Assembly (NCBI GenBank): GCA_046052125.1
Contig: JBJOMY010000003.1
Location: 1 to 64,000 of the forward strand
From: Cyanobacteriota bacterium
GTDB lineage: Bacteria > Cyanobacteriota > Cyanobacteriia > PCC-6307 > Cyanobiaceae
Reading direction: 5' to 3'
Length of the DNA: 64,000 nt
In this document: piece by piece, positions 9,291 through 19,585 of the stretch
Position numbering within the stretch: the stretch's first letter is position 1
Layout of the letters: every line of letters starts with the position of its first letter
Notes under the pieces: generated by a model
Databases searched by the model: none
What the model was told of the DNA's origin: nothing
The model's input: the letters and a program-made list of their open reading frames with translations, nothing else
Program-made: the position numbers and the translations under genes

Positions 9291-10489
9291 CAGCCTTGAC
9301 ACAGAGTTCTGCCTTAAGGCTCTGGAAATGGCGCTGGAGGGTGGCCGCAAACCAGAGATCTTCCACTCCGACCAGGGCTGCCAGTTCACCTCTTCTGACT
9401 TTGTGGCCAGGCTGCAGTCCGAGAAGATCAAGATCAGCTGGTCAGGCAGAAAGTGCTGCTACGACAACATCTTGGTGGAGAGGCTGTGGCGCACGGTCAA
9501 ATACGAGGAGGTCTATCTACCTGCCTATAGCGATGGCTGGGAGGCTGAGATCAGTCTGGCCCGATTCCTCTGGAGGTATTGCCATGTAAGGCCACATAGC
9601 TCTCTGGGAGGCAGAACTCCCCATGAGGTCTACACTGAAATTGAACCCTGTTCCTCCCGTCTGGAGTTAACGATGTCAGGGGCCAGAACCGTCCAATAAA
9701 AGGCACCCACCTCACACAAGGGCGTGTGCTCTCTGACACTGGCAGCCCTCTCACTGGCTCGGCGCCAAGGCAGCAGCTGGCGCCGCAAAGCGGTAATGGC
9801 CGATGGCATCACCACAGAGGGCCTAATTGTGTAGTCCAGCACACAATTCAGATAACAAAGTTGTGGGTGGTCAACAACTGTCGCGGCGCGCCCCATGGAC
9901 CCAGACCTCACGTACCCATGCAAACACTCCCTAGTGCCCACCTGACACAGCGGCAGCTTGGTGCCTTGCAAGTGTCGGCTACGACAACAACACCCCGAGC
10001 CTCTCTGAGGCTTAGCTCCCCGTTACCACGCCGAATAGGAGACTGATCAGGTTGCTGGGGTTGCGCTTCTCCTCTTTAGCGTGATGTTGCAGGCGCTGGT
10101 GGCCCAACAAACTGGCAGTGAAGATGATCGATTTCAGGAGTCGATGCAGGAATCATTCGCACACTAAGAATGGAATCAGCTAGTTGCTGTCTAGAGAAGA
10201 CATTCGCGAGTTTAATTCATGATGAACTCGCAACCCTTCTTGTGACGCAATCACTCTAATCAGGCTCTATGCTGCAAAGTTGCCCGCATCAGTCCAAGAA
10301 GACTTTGGCGATCAAAGCATTACTCCTGCAGGCATCCACAATCATTGCCTTGCAGATATCAAAACAGAATATATCAAGCGATAAGCTTCAGAAGCCACAA
10401 CCGAAGATTTGAGGATTAGAATGCTTTGTTATTGTGCTAAGCTTAGTAGACAAACAAGCAGCTGGTTCGCAGTCCGCGACGCAAGTAAC

Positions 10490-13240
10490 ATGATGCTACG
10501 CAAGAAACTAGATAATATTCTCGCCCTGATTGGACTGACTCTTCCAATGACTCTTGCGGCGGCGGCAAGAGCAGAGGTTGCCATATATAACCCCCAAACT
10601 ACTGGATCACCTGGAGGAACAGCCCTTGTGAGCGGCTCCCCATCCCCAGCCACATCCACCCCTAAGTGGCTGATGTTTTCCTCTGGAGATATTCCTAGCA
10701 GGGTTACAAACGTCACCCTCGTTTTAAACCCATATTCCACAAATCTATCGCAGACGCCACTGCCTCTTGCCACAAGCATTGGGGCATCAATATGGTCAGC
10801 AACAACCAATGGAGCAAGCGCGCTTCCCTTGTCCCCACTCACTGCAACAGAGCAACTCGACTTTACAATCAGTCAACCGAGACAGGTGTATACGTTTAAC
10901 TCACAATCCCTTGGCAGCGTTGGAGCATTCACCCTTCAACCCAATACCCCATATGGGCTACAGCTTTCAGGATTGATGTCCATTCAAACCAATGATCAGC
11001 CCAAATGGGGGTACACTGCAAATTCCGGAGTCGGCCTAAATCCAACCATTCCAATCGGCTTGAACGGTTTCTCTTATCTTGGCTTTGCGATCACCCAAAA
11101 TGATGGAACGATATGCAATGCATATGCATTAGTCAACACTTGCGGCGTAACAACTAACACAATCATCATAGAAGTAGAGCTTTTAGGTGTCACACCCGGC
11201 ATGACAACCAATGCCAGCAATCCTGCTAGCCCACTACTCGCTGGTGGAACAGTGCTTGTCGACCAGTCGGGAATATATTCTACTGATTACATCCTTGCGC
11301 CTTCAGGCGGAACGATTGACATCAACGGATTGACCTCAACTTTCAGTGGTGTGTTCTCGGGTGTCGGAGCCTTGACTATTACCAACACGGCCAACGGAGG
11401 GAGCACCACGCTGACAGGTATCAGCACCTACGCAGGGGCGACATCGGTTAGTTCCGGCGCCAAGCTATTGGTCAATGGTTCCATCAAGTCATCCTCTGGG
11501 TTGACCATCATGTCTGGCGGCACCATCGGTGGTAGTGGTCAGCTCCCAGCAACCACCATCGCCAGTGGCGGGGTGATCTCTCCCGGTAACTCCATCGGGA
11601 CACTAACCATCCATGGCAACACCAGCCTTGACGGGGGCATACTTCATATAGAGCTGCAGGGCCCCCAGAACGACAAAATTATGGTCACTGGCAACGTTTC
11701 ACCCTTCACCGGAACGGCGACCTTCAGCTCGTTTGGTGGCGGCACAGCCTGGCCAGGTTTGAACTATTCAGTCCTCACGGCCAACGCCAGTTTTCCTTTT
11801 GCAACCTCGTCCTCATTGACGATCGATCAAAGCCAGATCACTCAATCGGCTCTTCTGCAGTTGGGTACAACACTGATCCAGGATGCTGATGGCAATCCAC
11901 GCACCTTTGATGTGCAGTGGTGGCCCAACAACGGCAGAGGTGCCGCTACCTCTGCCATGGAGGCGTTGGGTGCAGTTAATGGCAATACCCGTACAGCCTC
12001 TCAGTTCTTTGATAGCGCCTTTAACCGCTTGGCCGCTGCCTCAGCTGGGAACATTAATGCCACCGGTGTTGAAATTGGAGCAACAGGCTTCACCGCGGAT
12101 CAGGCAACGGCTGCTGGTTTAACACCAGGTTTCGTCAATCGGATGGCGGCCCTTCTAGCGATTCCAGACGGAGTAAGGCTGAAACAAGCGATGAGTTCCA
12201 TCACACCGCAGTCTTATGCCGCTTTTCAGAGTGTGGGCCTTAATGCTCTACGTCTTCAACGCGAAACGGTAAACAGCCAGGCCGGCAACTGCCAACATAC
12301 AGGCTGGAACATTAATGACTCCGGCAGCGGTAATGACAAGAAAGACTCATTACGCGACAAGGGCAAAGTGCCTATCTGCGCTTTTGCCACCGGCGGAAAT
12401 GCCAGCTCTACCATCAACAGCAGCGGTGGTCTGAGCGGCTACGACAGCGCCATCGCTGGAGGCTTCTTTGGCGTTGAATTTCAGCCCAGTGCGCAGTGGA
12501 TCGTTGGAACAGCCTACGGCTATGGCAGTGCTGGCCTCAGCGATCTGGGGGCTAGCTCCAACACTGTCTCCTCCACACTTAACAGCATTTCGCTTTACAG
12601 CGTGTACAAGCCTGATCCGCGCTGGAACATCAAAACTCTGATTGGATACACCAATGCCATCGTCAACGGTCAGCGCAATCTGATTGCCATTGGCAACGGT
12701 TCTCCTATATCGGGCGACACCACCGGCAATGGGTACACCGCTGCAGTCTTAGCGAGTTACGCCATACCGCTCACAAAGCCCGCAGAACCGGTTGCTATTG
12801 TGCTCAAGCCCCAGCTTGGTTTGGCTTACGGCTCCTACCAGCAGAACGGCTTCAGTGAAAAGGGAGATAGCACTATGAACCTAAACGTCGACTCACACAC
12901 CAGTCAGAGCCTGCTTGGCACTATCGGGGCTGAGCTTGTGGCTGCCATACCGTTAAATCAGAACAACAGCCAACTGCTCAAGACGCGCCTGGGTATTGCC
13001 TACCAGGTCGATGCCTTCGCAAATAGCAACGACAACACCTCCATAAGTGCGACATTGCCAGCAGCCAGCGCAAATCTCACCACGAATAGCCTGGGTCGGG
13101 GTGTCAATGACATCACCGTCAGCGGAACCCTGGAGTACATCGTTGCGTCCAATGCATCGCTGTACGCCACGGCTTCCTACGAGGCATTCTCCACAGGCAA
13201 CCAGTTTGCCTACGGTGGCGGCGTCAAGATCAGTTTTTGA
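10490..13240 (+). CDS. Autotransporter (passenger plus C-terminal beta-barrel)
   Basis: Signal peptide ending AARA, Gly/Thr-rich beta-helix repeats (ISPGNSIGTLTI), barrel ending YGGGVKISF; lower GC. Confidence 0.92.
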   Translation: MMLRKKLDNILALIGLTLPMTLAAAARAEVAIYNPQTTGSPGGTALVSGSPSPATSTPKWLMFSSGDIPSRVTNVTLVLNPYSTNLSQTPLPLATSIGASIWSATTNGASALPLSPLTATEQLDFTISQPRQVYTFNSQSLGSVGAFTLQPNTPYGLQLSGLMSIQTNDQPKWGYTANSGVGLNPTIPIGLNGFSYLGFAITQNDGTICNAYALVNTCGVTTNTIIIEVELLGVTPGMTTNASNPASPLLAGGTVLVDQSGIYSTDYILAPSGGTIDINGLTSTFSGVFSGVGALTITNTANGGSTTLTGISTYAGATSVSSGAKLLVNGSIKSSSGLTIMSGGTIGGSGQLPATTIASGGVISPGNSIGTLTIHGNTSLDGGILHIELQGPQNDKIMVTGNVSPFTGTATFSSFGGGTAWPGLNYSVLTANASFPFATSSSLTIDQSQITQSALLQLGTTLIQDADGNPRTFDVQWWPNNGRGAATSAMEALGAVNGNTRTASQFFDSAFNRLAAASAGNINATGVEIGATGFTADQATAAGLTPGFVNRMAALLAIPDGVRLKQAMSSITPQSYAAFQSVGLNALRLQRETVNSQAGNCQHTGWNINDSGSGNDKKDSLRDKGKVPICAFATGGNASSTINSSGGLSGYDSAIAGGFFGVEFQPSAQWIVGTAYGYGSAGLSDLGASSNTVSSTLNSISLYSVYKPDPRWNIKTLIGYTNAIVNGQRNLIAIGNGSPISGDTTGNGYTAAVLASYAIPLTKPAEPVAIVLKPQLGLAYGSYQQNGFSEKGDSTMNLNVDSHTSQSLLGTIGAELVAAIPLNQNNSQLLKTRLGIAYQVDAFANSNDNTSISATLPAASANLTTNSLGRGVNDITVSGTLEYIVASNASLYATASYEAFSTGNQFAYGGGVKISF

Positions 13241-13521
13241 GCAAACACCTCGATCCGCCCTATCGCGTCTGAGCAGAGTAGCTATTCCTAAGAGGGCCGC
13301 ATAAAAGGTGCTTGGAGGGTTCTTCAAGACACCTTGGGGTGCGCAGCAATGGGGATGATGTGGATCTCGGAGTTTGGTCCAGGGGCTATTTCATCGCCAA
13401 TGGTTACACCCAGGTTCGCCCGCTGAAAGCAGAACCTTTTTGATGTAGGGGGAGCGGGAGCATTCCCATGAATAACTCCCAGCTCTCCGTCATGGCTGCA
13501 GCGATGCCGCTGCGTCAAGGG

Positions 13522-13716
13522 TCAGTCGCTGGATCGCTCAAGGATGTAGGCGATCAAGCCGGAGAGGCTGCGCCCTTCCTCATCGGCGCGGCGCCCCAGG
13601 CGCTGCCGGAGCATCCAGGGCATCGTTATCGTGACCCGCTGCGGTCTGCGTTGGAGCAGATCCATGCGCGCAGTAGGGGCTGACGACGGCTTCTGCCGTC
13701 CGTAGAACGTAGTCAT
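13522..13716 (-). CDS. Small ribbon-helix-helix protein
   Basis: RVTITMP...ADEEGRSLSGLIAYILE; paralog of 46083-46295. Confidence 0.7.
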   Translation of the reverse strand: MTTFYGRQKPSSAPTARMDLLQRRPQRVTITMPWMLRQRLGRRADEEGRSLSGLIAYILERSSD

Positions 13717-13853
13717 CAGTTCAATTCACAGTTGGACTGGTCACGGGATCGGCCGTTGGCGCGGCGCGGTCCCACCCACAGAACTTACGCGGCGGGATGC
13801 TGCTTGCCTGCAGCGAGGGCTACAGGCAGAGTTGCGCGAACGATTGATGCCTC

Positions 13854-14117
13854 ATGCGCGCGTCTCTGTTCTCTGCTGCCGTAGCTCTGATCGCTCTGGC
13901 GTCACTGGCTGGGGCCGGCGCCCAAAGCATGATGGATCAAAGGGTGATGGCGAAGTGCTCTGCCGCGATGCAGGCGGACTTCGACAAGGCTGGCAAGACC
14001 CCGCCCGCCGGCCTGATCCAGCAGACCTGCAGATGCGTCGTTCAGCAGTTGGACGCGACGCACAACATCGAGGTGGCTAAAAACATCTGCAGGCAGCAAG
14101 CCCAAGCTGGAATGTGA
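13854..14117 (+). CDS. Small secreted Cys-containing protein
   Basis: Signal peptide ending AGA, 4 Cys including CRC. Confidence 0.75.
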   Translation: MRASLFSAAVALIALASLAGAGAQSMMDQRVMAKCSAAMQADFDKAGKTPPAGLIQQTCRCVVQQLDATHNIEVAKNICRQQAQAGM

Positions 14118-14547
14118 GAGGAGCGCCGCTGTCCGGCGCTGCTGCCATCGCCCGCTCCTCTAGCTACCCGTGGGCAATGGGATCGACTTTCCTGCCGACT
14201 GACGGCTGCTGAGCGACATCGCCGTGGCTCTGGACCTCGAGCCGAGCGATCCGGCGGTGATAGCAGCCTTCGATCGGCTGGTGCTTCGCGGTCAGCTGGT
14301 GCCGTTTGTGCCGGGTTGGTGGGAGCTGATGGGGTGGAGCATCCGCGACCTAGAGCATGTGGTGCGCGCTGCTGCCCGCTTGTATCCCGACCCCTGAGGC
14401 TTTTTGCCAGCAAGTACGCCAAAGCCCCGGGTTGCGTCAGCCGGGCGTGATCAGAAGCGCATCGGGGAGGCGCGGCTACACCTGCCTGACGAGCTTTCTG
14501 TCCAACCTCTGTCCAACCGGGGGAAGTGTCGAAACCCTGAGAAGTCA

Positions 14548-14590
14548 ATCGGGGCGACAGGATTCGAACCTGCGACCTAGTGCTCCCAAA
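14548..14590 (-). other. att site: 3' half of tRNA-Pro(UGG), left boundary of element 1
   Basis: Reverse complement TTTGGGAGCACTAGGTCGCAGGTTCGAATCCTGTCGCCCCGAT (anticodon loop, T-arm, acceptor 3' strand); identical to 47918-47960. Confidence 0.93.
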
Positions 14591-14674
14591 GAGCTGACAG
14601 GGGGTTGGCCGTATTTGGCATTTCTAGTGATAGCAAGGGATCTCGGCGACGCTGTCCTGCCTTGTCAGGCCTGT

Positions 14675-14705
14675 TTGCGCACATTTTGCGCACATCTTGC
14701 GCACA
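14675..14705 (+). repeat. Three tandem TTGCGCACA repeats, putative integrase arm sites
   Basis: TTGCGCACAtt TTGCGCACAtc TTGCGCACA; same motif twice at 47834-47853. Confidence 0.75.
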
Positions 14706-14741
14706 TTTGGCCCATGCTGGTCTTGGCTGCTCCGGTGACCC

Positions 14742-15980
14742 ATGCCGTCTGTCCGTTTTGAGGAGCCCTGGGTGCCAGGGTTTCGCAGCGCGGTGCGCAC
14801 CTCGACGGCCGAGGGCTGGAGTGTGCGTGAGCACCGTGGTGGCATGCGACTCCAGGTGCGTCATGCCGCCGGCTCGATGCAGACCGTGTCGCTGCCATTT
14901 GATTGGGCGCGCCGCTCCACCGGCGATGCCTTGGTGCGGATACGAAACATCTATTCCCTTGTGGAGGAGGGGCATTCGATTCGCTCCGCGGCTGATCTGC
15001 TGGAGGGAAAGGCACCGGCCACGTTGAAGCCGTGGCGGGATGCTGCGGAGCGGTTTCGTGAGCAGAAGATCCTTCACGGCAATGCCATCAAGCCGAGCAC
15101 CTGGGAGAAGAACTACGAGCCGGTGATTGCCATGGCTGTTGAGCTGTTGAGCAGTCATCGGGCGCCTGGTCGGCCCGATGATCTTTTGGACCAGTGCATC
15201 CGCGAGTGGGAGCCTGGCAGTCGGGCGCGGCAGATCCGAGCCCAGAGCCTCAGTCAGTTCCTGCGCTACTGCGTTGAGCGCGAATCCTTTCCGGACCTGT
15301 GGAGTCCGCCGGCTGATCTGCGCTCCCACGTTGGGGTGAAACCTGCCAATGGATCGCCAAGCCGTAAAGGGGATCCACTCACCGATCAGCAGATCATCGA
15401 TTTGCTTGCTGCTTTGCCGGATGACGAAGCCGGCCGGCGTTGGAGTGATGCCATTCGCCTGTGCAGTGAGCTGGGCCTGCGGCCGATTGAGTTGCTGCAC
15501 CTCTCTGTGCGCCGCGATCCCAGTAGCCGGGAATTTCATTGGTGGTGTGGCTACAGCAAGCGCAGTGGCGGCGGGGCCACAGAGCCGCGTCGCTTGGAGT
15601 CCCTGCCGCTGATTGATCAAAACGGTGAGGTGCAGCAGTGGGATCTGCTCAATCGCTGGCTCACCGGCGGCATCACCCTCCCTCCTCTGGAGAGTGGAAA
15701 TGGTGCCGCTGAATGCCTCAAGACCTACCTGAACCGGCAGAAGGCCTGGGTGCAGTTGAAGGTTGTGATGGCGGCAGCCGGTGAACGACTGGTTCCTTAC
15801 AGCTTCCGCCACAGCTACAGCCTGCGCTGCCACCAGCGAGGGATTGACGGCGGCTCAGCGGCAGCGGCGATGGGACATTCCTATGAGGTGCATTGCCGCT
15901 CCTACCCATGGGCGTCTGAGGCCGGCGTCGTGGCTGCGTTCAAACGCGCCAGGGCTCAGGCCGCACCAATTCAGGGCTGA
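14742..15980 (+). CDS. Tyrosine recombinase/integrase
   Basis: GLRPIEL, YSFRHSY, MGHS, C-terminal Tyr; adjacent to att. Confidence 0.93.
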   Translation: MPSVRFEEPWVPGFRSAVRTSTAEGWSVREHRGGMRLQVRHAAGSMQTVSLPFDWARRSTGDALVRIRNIYSLVEEGHSIRSAADLLEGKAPATLKPWRDAAERFREQKILHGNAIKPSTWEKNYEPVIAMAVELLSSHRAPGRPDDLLDQCIREWEPGSRARQIRAQSLSQFLRYCVERESFPDLWSPPADLRSHVGVKPANGSPSRKGDPLTDQQIIDLLAALPDDEAGRRWSDAIRLCSELGLRPIELLHLSVRRDPSSREFHWWCGYSKRSGGGATEPRRLESLPLIDQNGEVQQWDLLNRWLTGGITLPPLESGNGAAECLKTYLNRQKAWVQLKVVMAAAGERLVPYSFRHSYSLRCHQRGIDGGSAAAAMGHSYEVHCRSYPWASEAGVVAAFKRARAQAAPIQG

Positions 15981-15983
15981 GCA

Positions 15984-16334
15984 TCAGGGCTGACCAGGAT
16001 CTTTGCCGCTGACTGAACTTCCCAAAGCGAGCCCAGCCAGGATGCTCAGTCCTTGCTTCACCGCGTCATCAATCCGCCCCTGGGGGCGTGTGCAGAACTG
16101 AGCCACAGAGTGCTCGGGCGTTGATCCGGTGGAGGGCTGCCCTGGTGCATCGGGATCCACAACGTCACCCCGTCCAGCGACCTCATCCACCCGCCGCTCC
16201 ACTGCCGGTAACCCATGCATCCGCACATACAACCAGCTCAAGGCCGTGCAGTTGAGCAGGTCAAAGGCGAGCGTGGCTCCCTGGAAGCCAAGGATCCCGG
16301 TGGAGATCCAGACCACCAGACGGCGGGAATCCAT
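15984..16334 (-). CDS. Hypothetical membrane protein
   Basis: Hydrophobic N- and C-terminal segments, ATG start. Confidence 0.65.
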   Translation of the reverse strand: MDSRRLVVWISTGILGFQGATLAFDLLNCTALSWLYVRMHGLPAVERRVDEVAGRGDVVDPDAPGQPSTGSTPEHSVAQFCTRPQGRIDDAVKQGLSILAGLALGSSVSGKDPGQP

Positions 16335-16391
16335 GGAGGGTGATGACGAACAGCTCCAAAGGGTTCCGAGGCTCGTCGGCGGGCTTCTTGT

Positions 16392-17426
16392 TCAGCCCCT
16401 GTAGCGGAAGGCAAACACCCCGCCCTCAAGCCTCACCCGGATGTCGCCATCGTCGTCTTCTGCCCATTGAGCTTCGTAGCGGCTGCCGTTGAGCAGTACC
16501 TCGGCGCTCTTGTCCTCCCAAAGGACAACAGTGCGGGTCAAACCACCGGGCTCAACCACATCAAACACGGTGTGGCCGTTGACGTTCTTGCGGGAAGTGA
16601 CGGCACAGCGGAAGCCCTCGAGGCGCTCGGCATCCCGCTCCATCTGGAACCAACAGGTGGCACCGCTCGCGATACCCGTGCCTGGGTTGCTGGGGTTGAA
16701 GGGGGTTTCAGGCGCTGGATTGGAGGGTGGGGCGTTCTGGGCCACCGGATTGGCGAGGAAACCTTGGATCACCGAGGAGGCCACCGCGAAGTTCAGGCCT
16801 TCGCTGTCGGTGAGCTTGAAGGTGGCCACCCCGACCACACAGCCGGTGCGGTCAAGCACCGGCCCGCCAGAGTTCCCCGGGTTAATCGGAGCATCGATCT
16901 GCAGGATCTCGCCGTCATCGCGCAGGCTGCTCACCACACCGCGGGTGAGGCTGAACTCCAGGCCCTTGGGAGCGCCGATCGCCACGATGTCGGCTCCCAC
17001 ATTGGGCTTGGCGCCCTTGAGCTCGAGAGGCTTGCCCCGCAGGCCCTTGACTTCGAGCAGGGCCAGGTCGGCCTGGGGTGATCGGCCGCCGGCGTCACTG
17101 AGCACAGCGGCAGCGTCCTGGCCGCCATCGGCCCACTTCACCGTGGCTGAGCTGCTGCCATCCACCACGTGGGAGTTGGTGAGCAGGAGCGTGTTGCCGT
17201 CCTGGTGACGCACCACGAAGGCACTGCCCTCTCCACCATCGGTCTTAACCACCGCAACACCCTGTTTTGCACCGCTGAACAGGGCTTCTGTTGAGAGGTT
17301 CTGATTGCTGCAGGGCGGCGCTTCTGGCACCGGGATGCGTGCCTGCTGTTGGGGTTGACAGCCTGCAGCGAGAACGGCTGCGGTCAGTGCCCATCGAAAC
17401 CCTGCTGTTGTGAGTCGCCGTGCCAT
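16392..17426 (-). CDS. Trypsin-like (S1C/HtrA-like) serine protease, probable lipoprotein
   Basis: LTNSHVV, DLALL, INPGNSGGP triad; lipobox-like LAAGC. Confidence 0.9.
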   Translation of the reverse strand: MARRLTTAGFRWALTAAVLAAGCQPQQQARIPVPEAPPCSNQNLSTEALFSGAKQGVAVVKTDGGEGSAFVVRHQDGNTLLLTNSHVVDGSSSATVKWADGGQDAAAVLSDAGGRSPQADLALLEVKGLRGKPLELKGAKPNVGADIVAIGAPKGLEFSLTRGVVSSLRDDGEILQIDAPINPGNSGGPVLDRTGCVVGVATFKLTDSEGLNFAVASSVIQGFLANPVAQNAPPSNPAPETPFNPSNPGTGIASGATCWFQMERDAERLEGFRCAVTSRKNVNGHTVFDVVEPGGLTRTVVLWEDKSAEVLLNGSRYEAQWAEDDDGDIRVRLEGGVFAFRYRG

Positions 17427-17542
17427 CGCAAGGCATCCGAGTCCTTCTATAGACATAGGCAGGAGCAAGCGGTGTTGCCATCACCCAGATCGGGGATGTG
17501 CAACGGCAGCCGGAACCCTCAGAAGTTCTCTGCTTCTGACGC

Positions 17543-18583
17543 ATGCCACTCACCCCTGAGGGCTGGACCCTGCTCAAAACCTGGGAGGGTTGCCGTTTGA
17601 GTGCCTATCCCGACCCCGCCAGTGGCGGTGCTCCCTGGACCATCGGCTATGGCCACACCGGGCCAGATGTTGTTCCTGGCCTGACGATCAAGCAGCAACA
17701 GGCCGATGCTTTTCTGCAAAAAGATGTGGCTGATGCCGCCAGCGCCATAGAGCGGCTCCTGCCGGGTGTTTCGCTGCTGCCACGCCAACGTGATGCGCTG
17801 ATCAGCTTCTGCTTCAACGTGGGAGTTGGTGCCCTGGAAGCGTCCACCCTGCGCAAACGATTGCTCGCGGGGGAATCAACTGCGCTCGTCCTCAAAGAAG
17901 AGCTGCCGCGGTGGTGCAAAGGCCCCCACGGCCCGGTGGAAGGCCTCAAGAAACGCCGCGCTGCAGAAATAGCCCACGCCACAGCCGCCGGGCAGGCAAA
18001 GGCAACACCCACATCGCAGCAGGGGTTGATCCAACTGGCGGTGCCCTATCTGAGCCAGAACGACAGCGTCACCGGCCAGGGCAGCCGGATGTGTTTCTCC
18101 TCCACCTGCGCCATGGCTGCCGCCTTCCTCAAGCCCGGCTGCCTCAAGGGATCCGGCCAGCTCGACGATCAGTACCTCGCGCTGGTGCAGCGCCATGGCG
18201 ACACCACCGACGCCGACGCCCAGGTGGCAGCACTCCGGAGCCTTGGATTGGAAGCCCGCTTCCGGATCGATGGCCGCATCGATTCCTTGATCGAGCAGCT
18301 CAAGCGGGACATTCCATGCCCAGTTGGTTGGCTGCATAAGGGTTCAGTGGCTTCTCCCACCGGCGGCGGCCATTGGAGCCTGGTGATCGGCTGGGATCCA
18401 GCCACCCGCCAGCTGCTGATGCATGACCCCAATGGGGAGGCAGATCTGGTGAATGGCGGGTACGTGAACCAGGCCATCAACGGCGGCCAAAACCTGCGTT
18501 ATTCCGAGCACAACTGGAGCCGGCGTTGGCAGGTGGAAGGACCTGGCAGCGGCTGGTGGATTCAGATCACCCCAATCGGTTGA
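17543..18583 (+). CDS. GH24 phage-type lysozyme fused to C39-like peptidase domain
   Basis: EGCRLSAYPD..WTIGYGHT, GLKKRRAAE; VPYLSQND..CFSSTCAM..GHWSLVIG..HDP. Confidence 0.9.
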   Translation: MPLTPEGWTLLKTWEGCRLSAYPDPASGGAPWTIGYGHTGPDVVPGLTIKQQQADAFLQKDVADAASAIERLLPGVSLLPRQRDALISFCFNVGVGALEASTLRKRLLAGESTALVLKEELPRWCKGPHGPVEGLKKRRAAEIAHATAAGQAKATPTSQQGLIQLAVPYLSQNDSVTGQGSRMCFSSTCAMAAAFLKPGCLKGSGQLDDQYLALVQRHGDTTDADAQVAALRSLGLEARFRIDGRIDSLIEQLKRDIPCPVGWLHKGSVASPTGGGHWSLVIGWDPATRQLLMHDPNGEADLVNGGYVNQAINGGQNLRYSEHNWSRRWQVEGPGSGWWIQITPIG

Positions 18584-18648
18584 AGGAAGGCGCGATGGAT
18601 CAGACGGGACGAACGGGGGAACTCTTCAAACAGTTCACCGTTCGCGCC

Positions 18649-18816
18649 ATGACCCGCACCCCAACGCTGGCCACCATCCCGCTCCACAGCCATCACCACG
18701 TGCGTCAGGGCCTGGAAGCTCAGTTACGCCAATGCTGGGCGATGTACGCAGCGCTTCCAACAGAAGCGAACCGTTATCAACTGGTGCGGCTGGAGCGTCT
18801 GCTCATGGAGATCTGA
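18649..18816 (+). CDS. Small hypothetical protein
   Basis: MTRTPTLAT...RYQLVRLERLLMEI, followed by terminator. Confidence 0.55.
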   Translation: MTRTPTLATIPLHSHHHVRQGLEAQLRQCWAMYAALPTEANRYQLVRLERLLMEI

Positions 18817-18878
18817 GCCACAGATGATCGAGCGGCACCGTTAGACCGCAACTGCAGACGATGACACCTGCAATCAAG

Positions 18879-18905
18879 AGGAGGTCTGAGGAGGCCTCCT
18901 TTTTT
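18879..18905 (+). terminator. Intrinsic terminator
   Basis: AGGAGGTC-loop-GGCCTCCT plus T-run. Confidence 0.6.
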
Positions 18906-18983
18906 AGTGGCTGCGAGCAATCCAAGAAACATCGCAGCGAAGACCGCTGAGAGTTACTCTCGGCAAAGATCTTTCTAGACAAG

Positions 18984-19349
18984 ATGCTCACCGGTTCTGA
19001 TCTGCTCGCCAAAGTCAAAGAGTTGGGCGATGTCTCCAAATCCGATCTGGTGCGCAGCTGCGGCTACGTGAGCACCAAGAAGGATGGTGGCGAGCGTCTG
19101 AACTTCACCGCCTTCTATGAAGCCCTGCTCGAGGCCAAGGGTCTTAGCCTCGGTAACGATGGCGTGGGTCGCGGCAAAGGCGGTCGCAAGCTCAGCTACG
19201 TGGCAACAGTGCAGGGCAACGGCAACCTGTTGATCGGCAAGGCCTACACCGCCATGCTCGATCTCAAGCCCGGTGATGAGTTTGAAATCAAGCTCGGCCG
19301 GAAGCAAGTGCGCCTGATCCCCGCAGGTGGTGTGGATGAGGAGGAGTGA
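18984..19349 (+). CDS. Cyanobacterial AbrB-like transcriptional regulator
   Basis: LTGSDLLAKVKEL, CGYV, VQGNGNLLIGKAYT, PGDEFEIKLGRK. Confidence 0.9.
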   Translation: MLTGSDLLAKVKELGDVSKSDLVRSCGYVSTKKDGGERLNFTAFYEALLEAKGLSLGNDGVGRGKGGRKLSYVATVQGNGNLLIGKAYTAMLDLKPGDEFEIKLGRKQVRLIPAGGVDEEE

Positions 19350-19585
19350 TTTCAACGCGACTGCAAGAGCAGCTGCAATTCAGTGGCTCTTCTCGCAATA
19401 ACCACCAGAGCAGAACCAATTTAATTGGTTCGAAAGGGATGGAGACACGGAAGCTTCTGAGTGGCTCCATGGACAAAAGAGACCCAAGCCCCAGATCAAT
19501 AGCGAGCAGGAATAAGGAAGCAGAAAGATTTAACCCTCGGTACCAATCCATGCCCCGTGCGAGGGGAACAGCTAAGGATTGCGGG

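Larger units (their letters stand above)
7249..9699 (+). pseudogene. IS3 transposase orfA/orfB interrupted by a nested IS and two 26-27 bp insertions
   Basis: ORF pieces 7249-7421, 8654-9267, 9271-9699. Confidence 0.88.
7169..9714 (+). mobile_element. IS3-family element (outer), inactivated
   Basis: Terminal IRs TGAGGTGGACTGGGTTTTCTGGAC / GTCCAATAAAAGGCACCCACCTCA; orfA from 7249, A-run near 8770, orfB DDE motifs (WATDITY, HSDQG, VERLWRTVKYE); no target duplication. Confidence 0.92.

Noticed and set aside
8096..9589. 497-aa ORF
   Set aside because: Off-frame read-through across two IS elements
14170..14398. Possible pseudogene (IDFPAD*RLLSDIAVAL...)
   Set aside because: Looks coding but no family recognised, too weak to call
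14548..14590. Functional tRNA-Pro genes here and at 47918-47960
   Set aside because: Only the 3' half is present; D-arm and 5' acceptor strand are missing. The intact gene is expected beyond 64000
14675..14705. CRISPR-like short repeats
   Set aside because: 9-bp units with 2-bp spacers and no cas genes; position fits integrase arm sites
14577..15833. 418-aa minus-strand ORF
   Set aside because: Antisense to the integrase, no motifs; same for the many other shadow ORFs in this GC-rich DNA
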